From NCBI GenBank assembly GCA_028534125.1, contig CM052817.1, positions 26,786,001 to 26,850,000 of the forward strand: a stretch of DNA of 64,000 nucleotides, written 5' to 3'. The stretch's first letter is position 1; every line of letters starts with the position of its first letter. The stretch is from Lama glama (lineage: Eukaryota). The notes beneath the pieces were generated by a model. That model ran no database searches. It saw only the letters and a list, made by a program, of their open reading frames with translations, and was not told the origin of the DNA. Of this stretch, positions 37,604 through 51,070 are shown piece by piece. Both the position numbers and the translations under genes were made by a program.

Positions 37604-38090
37604 TGTATTAGTTTTTTCCTGCTGCATAACAAATTCGCACATGTCTAGAGGACTGGAACAACGCCCATGTCCTATTTCACAATTCTGTACGTCAGAAGCT
37701 CAAGGTAGTATAACTGGGTTCTCTGCTCTGTCTCAGAAGGCTGAAGTCAGTGTATCAATCAGCTGCGTTCTCACCTAGAGCTCAGGGTCCTCTTCCAAGG
37801 GCATTCGTGTTCTTGGCAGAGTTCAGTTCCTGGCAGTGGTAGGTTTGAGGTCCCTGTTTCCTTGCTGGCTGTCAGCTGAGGGCCTCTCTCAGCTCTTTAA
37901 GGCTGCCTGCATTTTTTCTCCAGTGGCCTCTCCATCCTTCAAACCAAGTCCTACACGGAGTATATCTGACTTCTGCTCTCAGCCATTTAAGAGCTGTTTT
38001 TCAGGTCTCAAGTATTTAGACCAGACCTACCCAGACAATCTTCCTTTCTTAAGGTCATCTATGTCATACGACATAAAATAATCACCAGAC
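37604..38090 (-). mobile_element. MaLR solo LTR (MLT1E-like)
   Basis: TGTATTAGTTTTTTCCTGCTGCATAACAAATT...GGCAGAGTTCAGTTCCT...GAGGTCCCTGTTTCCTTGCTGGCTGTCAGCTGAGGGCC. Confidence 0.82.
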
Positions 38091-39770
38091 TTGAAATCTT
38101 CTTCCTTGAAAATTAGAAGTAATTTATATGCATAAAATTGTAGACAATCATTTAGCCACTTTTAAGGATAAGGACTCCTGTGGTGCAGGGAGCAGATAAG
38201 TATATGAGCTACTCATTGAGTCAAGTATAAGACAATTCTATGGTAAATTGTCTACGGTAAATACTTATTATCTTTTTCATATTCATGGGTGTTAAAACAG
38301 TAATTCACACATAAGTAATCTCTATTTTAGTTGGAGCATTGATTAGATGATTTGATTTGGAAGTTCTATTTGACCTAATTTAATAAGGCAAAGATTGAGT
38401 TCCCCCTTTTCCTTCTGAGCATATGACTTAACTCTTTCTTATCAAATAATTCTGGCAAAGATTTCTCTTCCTCTTCCTTCCCATGTAATTTGGTGGAGTT
38501 CATCAACACAGGACTTTGAGCTCAGGCTTTTACAGTACAGATTCCAACTGAACTCTGGGGATTGACTCAAGTCCTGCCACCTTAAAATGGGGAAGAAATG
38601 GCTTCTGCACATTTTAAGACTCAGGAAAAATAAAAGGGGAGTGGGATGGAGGCATGAATTAATTTCAAGATACGGTTATTTGGGTTGACTATGTTACAGA
38701 TGATCAAGGCTATAGTTCACATTCATGTCATCACATAGTGCACTTCGTCTACCACATCTAAGTGCCTGTTTTCCCACTCTTACACCAAAATTGTTTCTCA
38801 TTCTAAACTTCTTACCTTTGCCAGAGACTTTCAGCCTGCCTTTGACCCTCTGGTGTCAATATGGTCATCCATATTTACTAGCAAGTACAGCAGCAGAAAT
38901 AAATAGAGGTGGGTTTTTTTTCATAGTCATGATTGCACAGACAAATGGACCTCTACAAATCAGGATCCTTTAAAGCAAAGGCTAACTAAACCTGGCTTCT
39001 GTCCCATTAGCTGTCAATGCAAGACTGCAAAGACTTGATGAGGACAGAGATTCAGCTATGATAAAAAAGATCTTACATTTGCAAACAAGATACCTTTTGC
39101 CTTGCCTGCTTAATGTAGATCCCCTAAGGTTTACGTGGCACAGAACTTGCTAATTTGGAACATGGACTTTGGGTTCTTTTATTTCTAAGATGGCTCTCAA
39201 CAGGTACAACAGAGCTCTTTGTGTTCAGAAACCAGTGCAGAGAAAACATCAAATTGCCTGAGCACACCAATCAACAGTGTGCAAGAGTCAACCAGGAAAA
39301 TGCGAGAGTCGGTAATTACCTATCTGCGTTCAACAATACGGCACCTCTGGGACTGACTGTTCCTTGCTGAGAACCAGCAGTGCTTGTGCCGAGGAGGGGC
39401 CGGTGTTTGCAGGTGCATTTAACTAGTGAAAGAGGTTTTCTTCCTTGGACTAAGACTTAAAACTACGAATTCCTATTAATGTTATACTTTATGACAATAT
39501 TCATGTGCTAATTAACAGCAGGCAAGGCAACATCATAAAAGTGATTTTATGTACCAGAATATGGACAATTCTGTTTATTTTGGCACATAATTAGAGGGGA
39601 CAGAAATGGTAAGCCCAAATGAAAATTCACATTTTTTAAAAATAATAAGGTTTGAATTATAGTTCTTTCATATTGGAATTATATATAGCTGTAGTTTAGA
39701 TCTTTTTGTGGCTTAGCCTTGTTTGGTAAAGGCCTTTCAGTTTTTTGTCTTTGATCTGAGAGTTCATATA

Positions 39771-40029
39771 CAATTGACCCTTGAACAACAAACACAGGTG
39801 TGAAATGTGCAGCCAACTTGTAGAAGATTTTTTTCAAAAGTAAATAGTATAGTACTATACTATCTGAGGTTGATGGAATCCCATGGATGCTGGACCACAG
39901 ATATGGAAGAACACTGCATAGGGAGGAACCAGGAGCCAGAATCCAGAGGGCCAACTATAAATTACACACAGATTTTCACCTGTGTGGAAGTTTGGTGCCC
40001 CAATCCCTGAGTTATTCACAGGTCAACTG
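39771..40029. mobile_element. TcMar-Tigger MITE (Tigger2a/MER8-like)
   Basis: Terminal inverted repeats CAATTGACCCTTGAACAAC / GTTATTCACAGGTCAACTG (15/19 match) flanked by TA on both sides. Confidence 0.88.
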
Positions 40030-40646
40030 TATGTGTTTTGACTCAGTCCAAGTTGGTTGGAAGTTTGAGAAAAGTCTTAAGTCTCAATGTTTTTTCTTTC
40101 CTTATGTTCCAAATAAGATTTTGTTCAAATTCCAGTTTTCATTAAATAACACATAACTCTTCCCTACTTTTCTCATTTTTTCCCATGACAATGGCATTCA
40201 AACCTATGAGGACTGATTATTTCATTTAAAGAAATAATTTGGTTGAAATGAGCCGTGTGTATAGTGTTTCCTTGCTTTTCCCTAATTTGGATGTCAAAAA
40301 AGAGGTGAATGGATTCCCTCCATTTGGTCTCGAATATATTCTATAATTCCACAGATATTTAAAAAATTCTATACAGCAGCCTTGATATGCTAATCATGGG
40401 ACTCCTTGCTGATTGGAACCGCAAAATGAGCAGCTAGAGAAGTAGCAGTACTTAAATCTGCCAGGAAGTGTTCCTGTGAAGTGTGACGTTCCTGAGTCAG
40501 TGCTTCTTTGGTGTTCAACTCTGAGTTATCAAAACTGTATAATCCTACCTACTTTATAAGGTAACTAGCCTGGGAACAATTCTCATGCTTTTGGCCAATG
40601 GCAATTTATACGTCCTACAGAGAAAAAACCAGATACATATGGTGTC

Positions 40647-41023
40647 TATTATAGACTAAATTGTGTACCTTCAAAATTCGTATGTTGAAGCCCTACCCTT
40701 CCAATGTGACTGTATTTGGAGATAGGACCTTTAAAGAAGCAATTAAGGTTAAATGAGATTATAAGGGTGACCCTAATCCAATATGACTAATGTTCTTACA
40801 AGAAAGGGAAGAGACACTAGAGATGGGCACATGGAGAAAATACCACGCAAGCACACAGTGAGAAGGTGGAAATCTGCAAGCCACAGTGAGAGGCCTTAGG
40901 AGAAGCCTGCCAGCACCTAAATCTTGAACTTCCACCTTCCAGAACTGTGAGGAAAAAAAATTCTGTTGTTTAAGCGACTCAGACTATGGAATTTTGTTAT
41001 GGCAGCCCTAGCCAACTAATACT
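40647..41023 (+). mobile_element. MaLR solo LTR (MLT1A/B-like)
   Basis: AATGTGACTGTATTTGGAGATAGGACCTTTAAAG...CCAGAACTGTGAG...TTCTGTTGTTTAAGC...TTTGTTATGGCAGCCCTAGCCAACTAATAC. Confidence 0.92.
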
Positions 41024-44000
41024 GTGTGATCTTCAGGAAAAAATTATAGGATTTGAGTGTATTTCTTAATATCTTTCCTCGTGGGAGGATGTAATTCTCT
41101 GGGATGAGTTCACTCTTGTCCACTAGGCAAACAGAATGAAGCCATGAACTGCTCTTGACTATGACCCTTCCCAAGGCTTGGTGTTCATCTCTTCCTTGGA
41201 GCCTTTTAACCTATTTTGGGGAGAGTTTGTTTCTGTTATTTGCAACTGTAAGAGCCTTAGGTAAAACAAGTGTTCAAATCTTGCCTGAAGATTGACTATG
41301 TTTCAGGTATAGCTATTATTTTTTAAAAAATACCTATAGATAATGTTGATTAACAAGTTAATTCTCAATTTTAGGTTGATAGTAATTTTTTTTGCAGTTA
41401 TGTAGTTTTCTCACTCAATAAATACTAAAACTCCAAATAAAGTAACAATGTGTTGTTGTTAGTAAGAAGTTGTAGTTAGTAAGAAGAAGGTTGGGAACCA
41501 TTTATCTAGAACTTTCTGACAGCGTAAAGGCTTCTTTGTGATGTAATGGCAATGATACCTAAAAGCTTGATGGGCATGCATTTAAAGCAGGAAGTCATGA
41601 TACCTGTCCAAAGCCTGGTGATCTAACCAGACCAACTACATGGCTCAGTGGAAGCTTTGAGTGGAGATGCTTGGAGGCACACTTGTACAATTTTACTGTC
41701 TCAATCAGACCCTTCCATCCAGAGTAAGCTTTGAGTGGAGGCTTCAGATAAGTCATTGTGGGGCTATGAAATGTACTTGAAAGGGTCTGTGGTCCACAAT
41801 GGTCCAGTTGAACATGCTCTATCAGGAACTACATATTCTGGAAACTTGCTCTGACTATACTCTTCCTTTTGAATACAGTGACAGTGTGTGGTGGTAGAAG
41901 TTGTTGGTACTTTGAAAGCAGACTTCCCCTTCTTGTGGAAAAGGACCATTGGGATGTTAGCTACGTCTCTTTTACTATTAACAAAGGTAGATACTTTGAA
42001 GAAAGGGCAGACATTCTCATAGAGTAGAAGTTGAGAGTCACTAGTGGTTAGATAGGAAGATTTTGATTTTATCATTTCTCTTGAGATTGTAGTTTAAATG
42101 ACTGTAAGTATTGTGAATCATGATGAATCTATTTGAAAGGCCTGCCTTGAACTCTTTGCAAAAAGGAGTCTAAATGAGGGACCTCAATGGTCCTCATGCA
42201 ACGTGTGGTACACTGTAACCAATGCATCCATTTAATCAATATAAAACTCTCCCCTCTTGCTTTAAGATTATTTGAAATTTTAAGATAAATTCTACATTAT
42301 CATTAAAAGTATATAAAATCAATAATAATTTTAGAATACGGTATTAACAGCTACAGGCTACCACCCCTCCCCCACCCTACCCATATCCTGCCCTCTGGTT
42401 GACCCACATGAGTCAGAGGAACAAATACTCTCTGACTTCAGGAGCATTATTAACCAACCATCCTGGATAGACGTTAATCCTCAGTCTCACCAATTTGCTG
42501 ACTTCCTACACTGGCATGTTCTGAAGGCTTTTCAAGTATATTTTGAAGATGGACTTCCTTAATCTCTGGTCTTGAAAAAAAAAAAAAAAACTTGATCTAG
42601 TTCTCTGTCACAGAGGACTCCTGAATTCCAAGCTAATCCAGTGGTTCCAGCTTTTGGTGTTTCAGACATTCTTTGAAATAACTGGGGGATTCTTTGCCAT
42701 TTAGGAAAAATTGCTGTTTTCAGGTAATATCACTCAAAATGAAGATGGCCTTTCATCTTTTTCTAAAATTGGAAAAAAGTTAGATTTTAACTTGAAAATG
42801 CAAAGACACTTAGGGAAATGTATGTCTTGACCAGGGTAATATTTGGAATGCTTTTCAAGCTACCACAGGAAGCAGAGATGTCTCCATGTCTGAAACCCAT
42901 CTAACTTAATCCCAGCAAATAATTCCACAGAGCCCATCACTTCTTTTTTTGTTCATTCATTTTCATCTGAAATAACAAAGAGTGATCAGGTCCCCTGCTC
43001 TATTACCTGAAATAAGTTTAGGAAATGAAAGACCAACAACTACATTATCAACCTGGATTGACCAATGTTGGCAACTCCTTGCTCATCAGATTTAATTTTG
43101 TTACATGACACCTGATGTGGCCTGCCTCTATAGCACATTTCATTACCAAGAGCAAACGATCCATATGTTCAGAATGTTTCAGACCCAATCCAGGAAAGAA
43201 CTGACTTCAGTAACTACATTCCTTTTGTTATTCCTTGTAACTATGCAGTTAGTTTTTTTATAAAAATAAAAATGGACATTTCTGTTCAATGACCGTTAAA
43301 TGTTTAATTTGCCAGTCCCTCTGCACTGTGTGACTAGTCAGATTCTGCTAAAGGTATTATGCATTTGAAAGAGGTGGCAACCTGGATACAAGCTGCCACA
43401 AATGAAAAATAGCCTGTACTCCAGCCTCATTTTCAACTGAGAGTATGTTGAAAGACACAACTGAGAGACACAATACACTAAACACTGGATGGGCCCTTCG
43501 ATAATTCCACAGATTATTTAAACCGAAAACATCAGCGCAAACATCACTTGACATGTTTCCCCATCAATGCGGACATGGCTGAGCTATTGCTCCAACTCTT
43601 TCTTTTGGGGAATTTACATTTCTTTTTTGAAATCACCCACCATGGCTGACGCTATTTTTTGTCTTTGGGGGTCAAAACACCTCTGTCCTTGGTGTAGGAG
43701 AAGAGATAAGTATTTCTGGAGTGTCCTTTTCCCTTCCCAAACCTGAGTTTCTGCTCTTCTATTTCCTCCCCTCTGCTAAGTGCAGTTACCCCAACTCCCA
43801 GGTCTAAAGACTAGCCCAGGTGGGTGGTGCCCCAATTTTTTCTCAGAGCTGTTAAAGTTCTGAGTCACCCTTTCATTAATAACTGGGAGCCACACTTATA
43901 TCTTCACTAGCCGTATTTCCTTTTTTCTGAAGACCTAACCTGCAGAGACAGGTTCCTACGTGAATACCTGCTCCAAGTCATTCTGGATCCCCGTACTCTA

Positions 44001-45246
44001 CCACAAGGCTGTATGCAGGTTGATTTACACCCATGTTTCAAGATTCCTTTTCTTACTAATTATTGTATGCCCTCCTCACCTCAACCTCTGCTCTAGCTTC
44101 TCTTTACAAATCTTTGAGAATATATTTCTTAGGTTTTTAGAGTTCTCTTATTTAGAAATTTTGCCATTGGACTAACTTAATCTTGTAAAACTGTGCTAGT
44201 TTGATAATAATAGGCAATATAAGAATTCTGGAATTTATTACAATTCACAGAAATCAAGTCACAGACTCACCAAGAGAAAGTTTTGTTGGAAAAGTCTCAG
44301 GCAGTACTGTTTGGGTAATGGTTATGAATTTTATGGTGGAAGTGGAGGTTAAAGGTTCTGAAAACACAGCAGAAAAAGGCTACTATTCTTAGCAAGAGGG
44401 ACAATAAAGAACTTACAGGGAAGCTGCAGATTAAAGGAATAGTAAATATCTGCCATAGAAAGGACAGCAATCCTTCCAGAAAAGTGACTGCAGATGTTCA
44501 AGGCTATTAAAACCACAATTTGTAAAAGAAAGTGCATCCATAGAATACTAATTAGACATATATTCCTGAGGCATTTTATCTATTCATGGTTCATTTTATC
44601 AAAAATATTGTCTTTATAAAGCATCTCACATAGTTCAAATGTCAAAAAATAGCTATCACCTCTACTTATCCTGTTACCCTACCACTTAATGTGACAACCA
44701 TATTACTGAATAACTCTTACTGAGTGCATCAGAGTAGATTCATAGAGGAGGTGATATTTGAGCTGTCTTTAAGGATGATAAGCAGTTTGCTCGGTGGGCA
44801 AGAGAAGGAAGGGCTCTCTGGGCAGAAGGAACGGCATTTGCAATGGTATAAATGTAAAAAGAGCATGAAAAGAATGGGTTGCCTGATGTGGCCAGATCCT
44901 AGGGATCTTTGGGAGATTAGTGGGGAATGAGGCTGGAGTGGCAGGCAGGGTCCAGGCCATGGAAGGTCTGGACCCCTGCTAGAGAATTTAGAAGCTTTAT
45001 CAAAGTCAGAAGAGACCGAAGGATTTCAAGTAAGGGGGATAATCAGATTAGCATTTTAGGAAGATCACTCTAGTGGCAGTGGAGTGGATGGAGTAAATGG
45101 GGCAGGGTCAAACACCAGTGGTTAGAAGGTTAGTGCAAGGGTTCCAGCAAGAATGAGCATTACTAACTTATAATGAGTGCTAACCATGTACTAAGCCCTT
45201 GACATAAATTATCTTGTTTAATCCTCACAATGACTCTATAAGGGAG

Positions 45247-45621
45247 TATATTAGTCAGGACAGGTTAGGTTATGCTGTGACAAGAAACAGTTACAAAATC
45301 TCAGTGACTTAAAACCACCAAAATTATTCTTTGCTATTACCACATGTCCCACACAGGTTGGCTGGGGAGCAATGCTCCTCATAGTCACATAGGAATCCAG
45401 AATAATGGAGACTTCATCTCAGTACATACCTCACAGCAGTGAGGGGATTGTCATTCCAGCAACAGGAAGGGAGTGTGGTTCATTGTGTATATGCTCTCAA
45501 AGTTGCTGCCCAAGAGTCACATGGCCCCAGGCAACTCCAGGGGGGCAGAGCAGTGCAATCCTACCATGAACCCAAAAGGGGAACCAGAAATACTTAGACA
45601 CCAGCACTAATTACTACCACA
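45247..45621 (-). mobile_element. MaLR solo LTR (MLT1I/J-like)
   Basis: TTAGTCAGGACAGGTTAGGTTATGCTG...AAATCTCAGTGACTTAAAAC...GCACTAATTACTACCACA. Confidence 0.8.
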
Positions 45622-45639
45622 TCCTGTTCTGAACATAAA

Positions 45640-45960
45640 GTAAAACTGTACATTTCTGACCTGCTTCTGAAGTTGGATGGGGCTGTGTGACCTAATTCAG
45701 CCAAAGAGATGGAGGAAGCTTTGAGAACTAGAACTAGAAACTAAAAACTAGAACAAAATTTGTCAGGCTCTTTATTTCCCTCTGTCATGGCATCTGGCAA
45801 CATTCCACGCAGTGGCTGCTCCTTTAGCCTGGGTTAAGGAGCAAGAACAACAGACAGCAGAGCCCCCATTGAATTCCAGCGGGCCTGCAGTGTGAGTTGC
45901 AGTTGTAGGTCACTGAGATTTGAAGGATGTTTGTAACTGTGGCATAATCCAAGCTATCTT
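45640..45960 (+). mobile_element. MaLR solo LTR (MLT1I/J-like)
   Basis: GGGGCTGTGTGACC...TGGCTGCTCCTTTAGCCTGGGT...CACTGAGATTTGAAGGATGTTTGTAACTGTGGCATAA. Confidence 0.7.
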
Positions 45961-46072
45961 CCCAAGCCCTCTGACTCAACATGCTCAGCCTTCACACTGT
46001 TTCCCCTGTGCTCTTGTCAAGCTTTGCATAAGGTATTGTTAGGGCAGTTCTAGTGCAGGTCTTCCTCTAGGG

Positions 46073-46270
46073 CAGTGGTTCTTGAAGGTCAGCATGCATC
46101 AGAATCATCCAAAGAATCTGTTAAAAACACAAACTTCTGGGCTCCATCCTTCAAGTCTCTGATTGAGACTCAAATGGGACTCTAGAATTTGCATTTCCAA
46201 TTGTACATCTAACCAATTTCCAGGTGATGCTAATGCTACTGGCCTGGGGACAACTATCTGAGAAATATTG
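46073..46270. mobile_element. hAT-Charlie MITE (MER5A-like)
   Basis: CAGTGGTTCTTGAA...GCATCAGAATCA...AGAATTTGCATTT...CCAGGTGATGCTAATGCT...TGAGAAATATTG; 8-bp TSD-like CTCTAGGG/CTTTAGAA. Confidence 0.88.
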
Positions 46271-46299
46271 CTTTAGAACATGGTCCTTACTTTTAAGAT

Positions 46300-46865
46300 G
46301 TGTTCTTTCTGGTGTCCCAGCTGGATGCCTGAGGTGTTATCAACAAAGTGTTAATGTGGCTTTTCACTCAGGCTGAGCCAAAACTCCAATGACCCCCATC
46401 ATAGCTTGAACTCTAATATCCCTGCTCAGCTTTCAACCCCACAGGAGCTGGTATCTGGTAATCCTTGGATAGTCTTACCTTACACATGTGCAAACTTTTA
46501 GCCAAGCACCCACAGGGGATCCACACAAGACTTTTGGAGCCCTCCCTCTGCAAACTCCCTCCTCTCAGTGTCCTAACTTGTACATTATAGCTGCTCAGCT
46601 GCCATAAACTCCAATCTCTGCCTGCTCAGCTCAATTGGTTTCCTAGCTCACTCCTTCTTGGTTGGACATAGCCCCCAGATAATGAGCCAAAGTGATTATT
46701 GTGGACCTCACCTCTTGAATTTCTCTTCTCTTAGGGATCACAGACTTGTGCTGCCTGAAATAGTTGACTCAAATATTTTGCTTTGTTTAGTGATTTTTAA
46801 AAAATGGTAGGTTGGCTAGTCTGGTATCAGTTTCTACTCCATCATAGCCAGGGGTGGATGTCCTG
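46300..46865 (-). mobile_element. Probable ancient L1M (L1ME-type) 5' region
   Basis: CTCTTAGGGATCACAG...TACTCCATCATAGCCAG resembles reverse L1ME 5' ends. Confidence 0.5.
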
Positions 46866-47849
46866 GTTTTAGACATTTTTAATTTAAGGAGCCTTGGACT
46901 ATCCAGATGGAGATACTCTTCAATGAAAAGGTAGCCTAGAGATAAAGGTTTGTAAGGCGTCAGTGTATAGATAGTAATTGAGACCAAGGGAATGAGTCAT
47001 ACGGAGGTTATTCAAAATGAGAAGAGTAGAGGATCAAAGAGAGAACCTTGGGGGAACTGCTGATTTTTCATGGATGAGTAAAAGAAGAGGGTTGCCAAAA
47101 GAGGACTAAGAAGGAGTGGGCTAACAGGCAGAAAAAGAGCCACTGTCCCAAAAGTCAATGGAGAAGTTTTTTTTTTAATATTTTGAATTCTTACTATGTC
47201 TACCCACTGTGCTAAGAAAAATTTTTTAAAAAATATTTCCAGCAACTCAATAATATAGAACTACTATGAATCCCATTTATAGATGAAGATCAGGACAAAG
47301 TTGAAACTGACCAGCCAAGTAACTTGCACAAGGTCATGCAGCTGGTAAGTGGGAGAGCCTGGACTAGAATCCAGGCATTCTGGTTGCAATACTTGAAAAA
47401 AACCACAATGTCCTGCCTCACTCCAAAACGAGAGAGGATGACAACTGTGAGAGGGCTGTCCAGGAAGCTGAGGACTGAAAAGTGCCTATTGGATTAGGCA
47501 CTGGTGAGCTCAGCAAGAACTCACTGATATAAACAGTAGGTGCTAATTAACTGCTCAACATTATCTGTTCCTGGGTTTAGCTCTTCTTTTGAACAGCAGA
47601 GTTCCAAACCCATGGCACCTCTCAGCCTCTGCCCGCACTGTTCAGGTCTACTCAGAAAGAGGAGGCTTACTCCCTGACTGCATTCAGGGAAGTCCAGACC
47701 TACCACTCTGGCTCCCAAGGGGGTGTAGAGAAGTGTGGGGTGCCCATTAATAACCCAGCAACTGTCCAGGTGTAGGTTTATGTGCATTTGAACATATCAT
47801 CAACTCAATTACCTGTGTTCAGATTAGCCTCAGCAAATCTTTAAGCTCT

Positions 47850-47990
47850 CACAGCTGTCTTCAGGTGTTCAGGGGATTATTATGAGGAGATGTTGATCAG
47901 CTGTTTGCCATGTCTCCTGTGGGCAGAACAAAAGAAAAGAGGTTTAAATATCAGTGAGGGATTTAGATGCTAGTGAGAACTCTGTGAGGC
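47850..47990 (+). mobile_element. L3/CR1 LINE fragment
   Basis: GCTGTCTTCAGGTG...GATCAGCTGTTTGCCATGTCTCCTGTGGGCAGAACAAAAGAAAAGAGGTTTAAA...GATTTAGATG resembles the CR1 ORF2 3' end. Confidence 0.6.
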
Positions 47991-48109
47991 AGGGAGGTCC
48001 CATGGACTTAAGCAAGTTTCCAGCCTTTCTCCCTTAGCCCTGAATATCCCCTTTCCCACCATATCACCCTTATTTGTTTTATAATAAACAAGACAAAAAC
48101 AACAATAAC

Positions 48110-48320
48110 AATAATAGCAAATGCTTATATAGTTCTTACTTTCTGCCAGGCAGTGTTAGGTTTTCTACTCAGATTCACTCATTCAGGACTAACAACACAA
48201 TGAGATAAATACTACTGCCATCCCCATTTTACAGATAAGAAAACTGAGACACAGAGATGGTGAATAACTTGCCAAAGGTCACACAACCAACAAACAGTAG
48301 AGCCAACATTTGAAGGCTCC
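48110..48320 (-). mobile_element. MIR SINE
   Basis: CCCCATTTTACAGATAAGAAAACTGAGACACAGAGA...AAGGTCACAC. Confidence 0.88.
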
Positions 48321-48450
48321 TGCAAAAGTCGATCCTCCTAACCACACTCTGCACTGCTAATTTGTAGATACTGCACTGGAACAGAATTCAAGATAAGCAG
48401 AGCATGGAGAGATGTTACCAGAGTGGCATGGATTACGAGATGCCAGCTTC

Positions 48451-49155
48451 TGTGGGGTTGTAAAATGCCCCTCCATGAACCGTGCCTCCCTGAATTCACG
48501 CCCACAGGCAGGCCCCTTCCACATTGAATCTGTGCCTGCATAATGGCTCGCGTACGGGGGAAGCAACTTTCTGGACTTCAAGCCTTTAAGAGATCTGGAG
48601 CTTCTGCTTTCTGTCTCAGAGCCCAGCTGCCTTGTAAAGAAGTCCTGGCTGTCCAGCTGTAGAGAGAGGCTGCATGTAGAGAGACGGCTTGGAGGTTGAG
48701 AGCCATGTGGAGAACAGAGGCACCTCAGCTAAGAGCCAGCATCAAAGTGGTCAGTGAAGCCATTGAACTGTCCCAGGAGACACCACAGAGGGCAAAGACG
48801 AGCCAAACCTGCTGAGCATTGCCCCAAATCCTGACTTTAAAAGGGTTGTGGTTTTAAGTCACTAAGTGTTTCTTTACTATTGTGAAATATGCATAACAGA
48901 AAATTTACCATTTTAACCATTTTTAAGAGTACAGAGTTCTGTGGCATCAAGTACATTAACACTGTTGTGCAACCATCACCACCATCCATCTCCAGAACTT
49001 TTCATAAACTCAAACTGAGACTCTGTCCCCATTAAATACTAACTCTCCATTCCTCCTTCTTCCCAGCCCCTGATAACCACTGTTCTACTTTCTTTCTCTT
49101 TGAATTTAAGTCAGAAAGTTTAAGGCAGTTTGCTAGGTAGCAACATATAACTTTA
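48451..49155 (+). mobile_element. MaLR solo LTR (MLT1F/G-like), split by an L1 insertion
   Basis: TGTGGGG...CCCAGCTGCCTTGTAAAGAAGTCC...CCCAAATCCTGAC...TTGTGGTTTTAAGTCACTAAG; resumes GCAGTTTGCTAGGTAGCAACATATAACT. Confidence 0.7.
48870..49105 (-). mobile_element. Old L1 (L1MB-like) 3' end
   Basis: AAATTTACCATTTTAACCATTTTTAAG...GTTGTGCAACCATCACCACCATCCATCTCCAGAACTTTT...TAACCACTGTTCTACTTTCT. Confidence 0.9.
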
Positions 49156-49829
49156 TATAGATACTGATAGCTTTAATAATCTGCTTTTATAATATATTAA
49201 TGTATTTGTTAGTTTATCAAATGCCAGAGAGTTGTAGAAGCATCAGGAACCTTCCCAGAGCTTCAGTTCGCTTTGTCATTGTATATTTAATTCTAATGTG
49301 TCATGGCCTACAGTGTTACAGGTAAAATTATAATTATATCTAACATTTACTTTAAAGTTGAGAAGGAAGTTTCTCATTTAATACATTTTTCACCTTTCAT
49401 AACAGCCTTGTGAGGTGGAATTCCTTTTTTCATTTTATAGATCAGGGGATTGAAGATCAAAGGGTTTAAGTGACTTGCTCAAGGTCACAGCATTGAGTAG
49501 AGCTCGTTGGTCTGCAACCATTTATTGTGATTCCTTTTTGGGAAGGAAGATGAGGAGGGGACCCAAAAGACAATTCAGCCACTTGAAAGAGGAGACACAA
49601 GCTCAGTCCTCAAAGAGCATCTGTTCTCCTAGGACACACCCAAGGACATGCCCACTGGAAAGTCCTTTGATCATGCTGAGTACCAACCAAGATGGCTCCC
49701 AATGAGATGTTTTATAGGGAATGGCTGGATCCATATTAAGAAATAAATATGTTTGGTTGTATTTTGGGCAGGAATAGCATGAGGAGGAAAGCCAGGTACA
49801 TCCCCACTGAGTAAAGCCACAGACTCATG

Positions 49830-50035
49830 TCCCATTCAGTGGGTCACAAACTACATACATTTTTTAATCACTAGAGCAGAATTCATTGAAATAGTAAGGG
49901 TGAGTATTTTTCTGTGGAATTTATTTTAGTTATATTTTATACATATACTTGCATCTTCATAGTCATGTTACATGGGATTTGGGTCACAAAATGAAGTGTA
50001 TTTCTTACAGTGGTGAGAGGACTTGAAAACCACTG
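49830..50035. mobile_element. Probable hAT-Charlie DNA transposon fragment
   Basis: GGGTCACAAAATGAAGTGTATTTCTTAC...TTGAAAACCACTG Charlie-like terminus. Confidence 0.5.
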
Positions 50036-50570
50036 CCCTACCCAACTTCTCTCCTGGCCATGGCCTTCCTCAAAGCACAGAAGTATTCTACAGTCTTTGG
50101 GGCAGTATGGCCTGTCTATCTGTACTGGCTTTGGGCAAACAGTAGAAAAGACAGATTTTACCATGAGGACAATACTCTAGAAATCAGTACAAAACAACTG
50201 AAAATGTTGCAAGTAAAGTTTTGCCCATGTGCCCAAAGTGATTTAATGACCCAGAGACATGGTGACACGATGCTGAGAGCACTGGGTTAGACATAGGGAG
50301 TCTGAGGTTTCTCTCTCACTTCTCTATCAAACACCTACAACTCCTTGAGATTTTTCCCTTTCCCCATCTGTAGAATACAGCGATCAGACTAAACTGTCTT
50401 TAAGGTTAAGTCTCGCACCAAGAGAAGGAATGCTGGTAAGATTTACGTTACTGCTTCCTCCTTTTCCCAAGGAGAGGTCCTGGGATAAAGAATGCAGAGG
50501 AAGAACCAGTCTCTCTTCTTAAAAAATGTGTCCAGTTTTTTATTTGTTTATAGTTTTTACTGAGATCGAT

Positions 50571-51070
50571 NNNNNNNNNNNNNNNNNNNNNNNNNNNNNN
50601 NNNNNNNNNNNNNNNNNNNNNNNNNNNNNNNNNNNNNNNNNNNNNNNNNNNNNNNNNNNNNNNNNNNNNNNNNNNNNNNNNNNNNNNNNNNNNNNNNNNN
50701 NNNNNNNNNNNNNNNNNNNNNNNNNNNNNNNNNNNNNNNNNNNNNNNNNNNNNNNNNNNNNNNNNNNNNNNNNNNNNNNNNNNNNNNNNNNNNNNNNNNN
50801 NNNNNNNNNNNNNNNNNNNNNNNNNNNNNNNNNNNNNNNNNNNNNNNNNNNNNNNNNNNNNNNNNNNNNNNNNNNNNNNNNNNNNNNNNNNNNNNNNNNN
50901 NNNNNNNNNNNNNNNNNNNNNNNNNNNNNNNNNNNNNNNNNNNNNNNNNNNNNNNNNNNNNNNNNNNNNNNNNNNNNNNNNNNNNNNNNNNNNNNNNNNN
51001 NNNNNNNNNNNNNNNNNNNNNNNNNNNNNNNNNNNNNNNNNNNNNNNNNNNNNNNNNNNNNNNNNNNNNN
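50571..51070. other. Assembly gap (exactly 500 N)
   Basis: Run of N from 50571 to 51070. Confidence 1.

Noticed and set aside
37335..43874. Identical 16-mer TCTGAGTCACCCTTTC (with AP-1 site) at 37335 and 43859
   Set aside because: About one chance 16-mer match is expected in a 64-kb self-comparison, and the flanks do not extend
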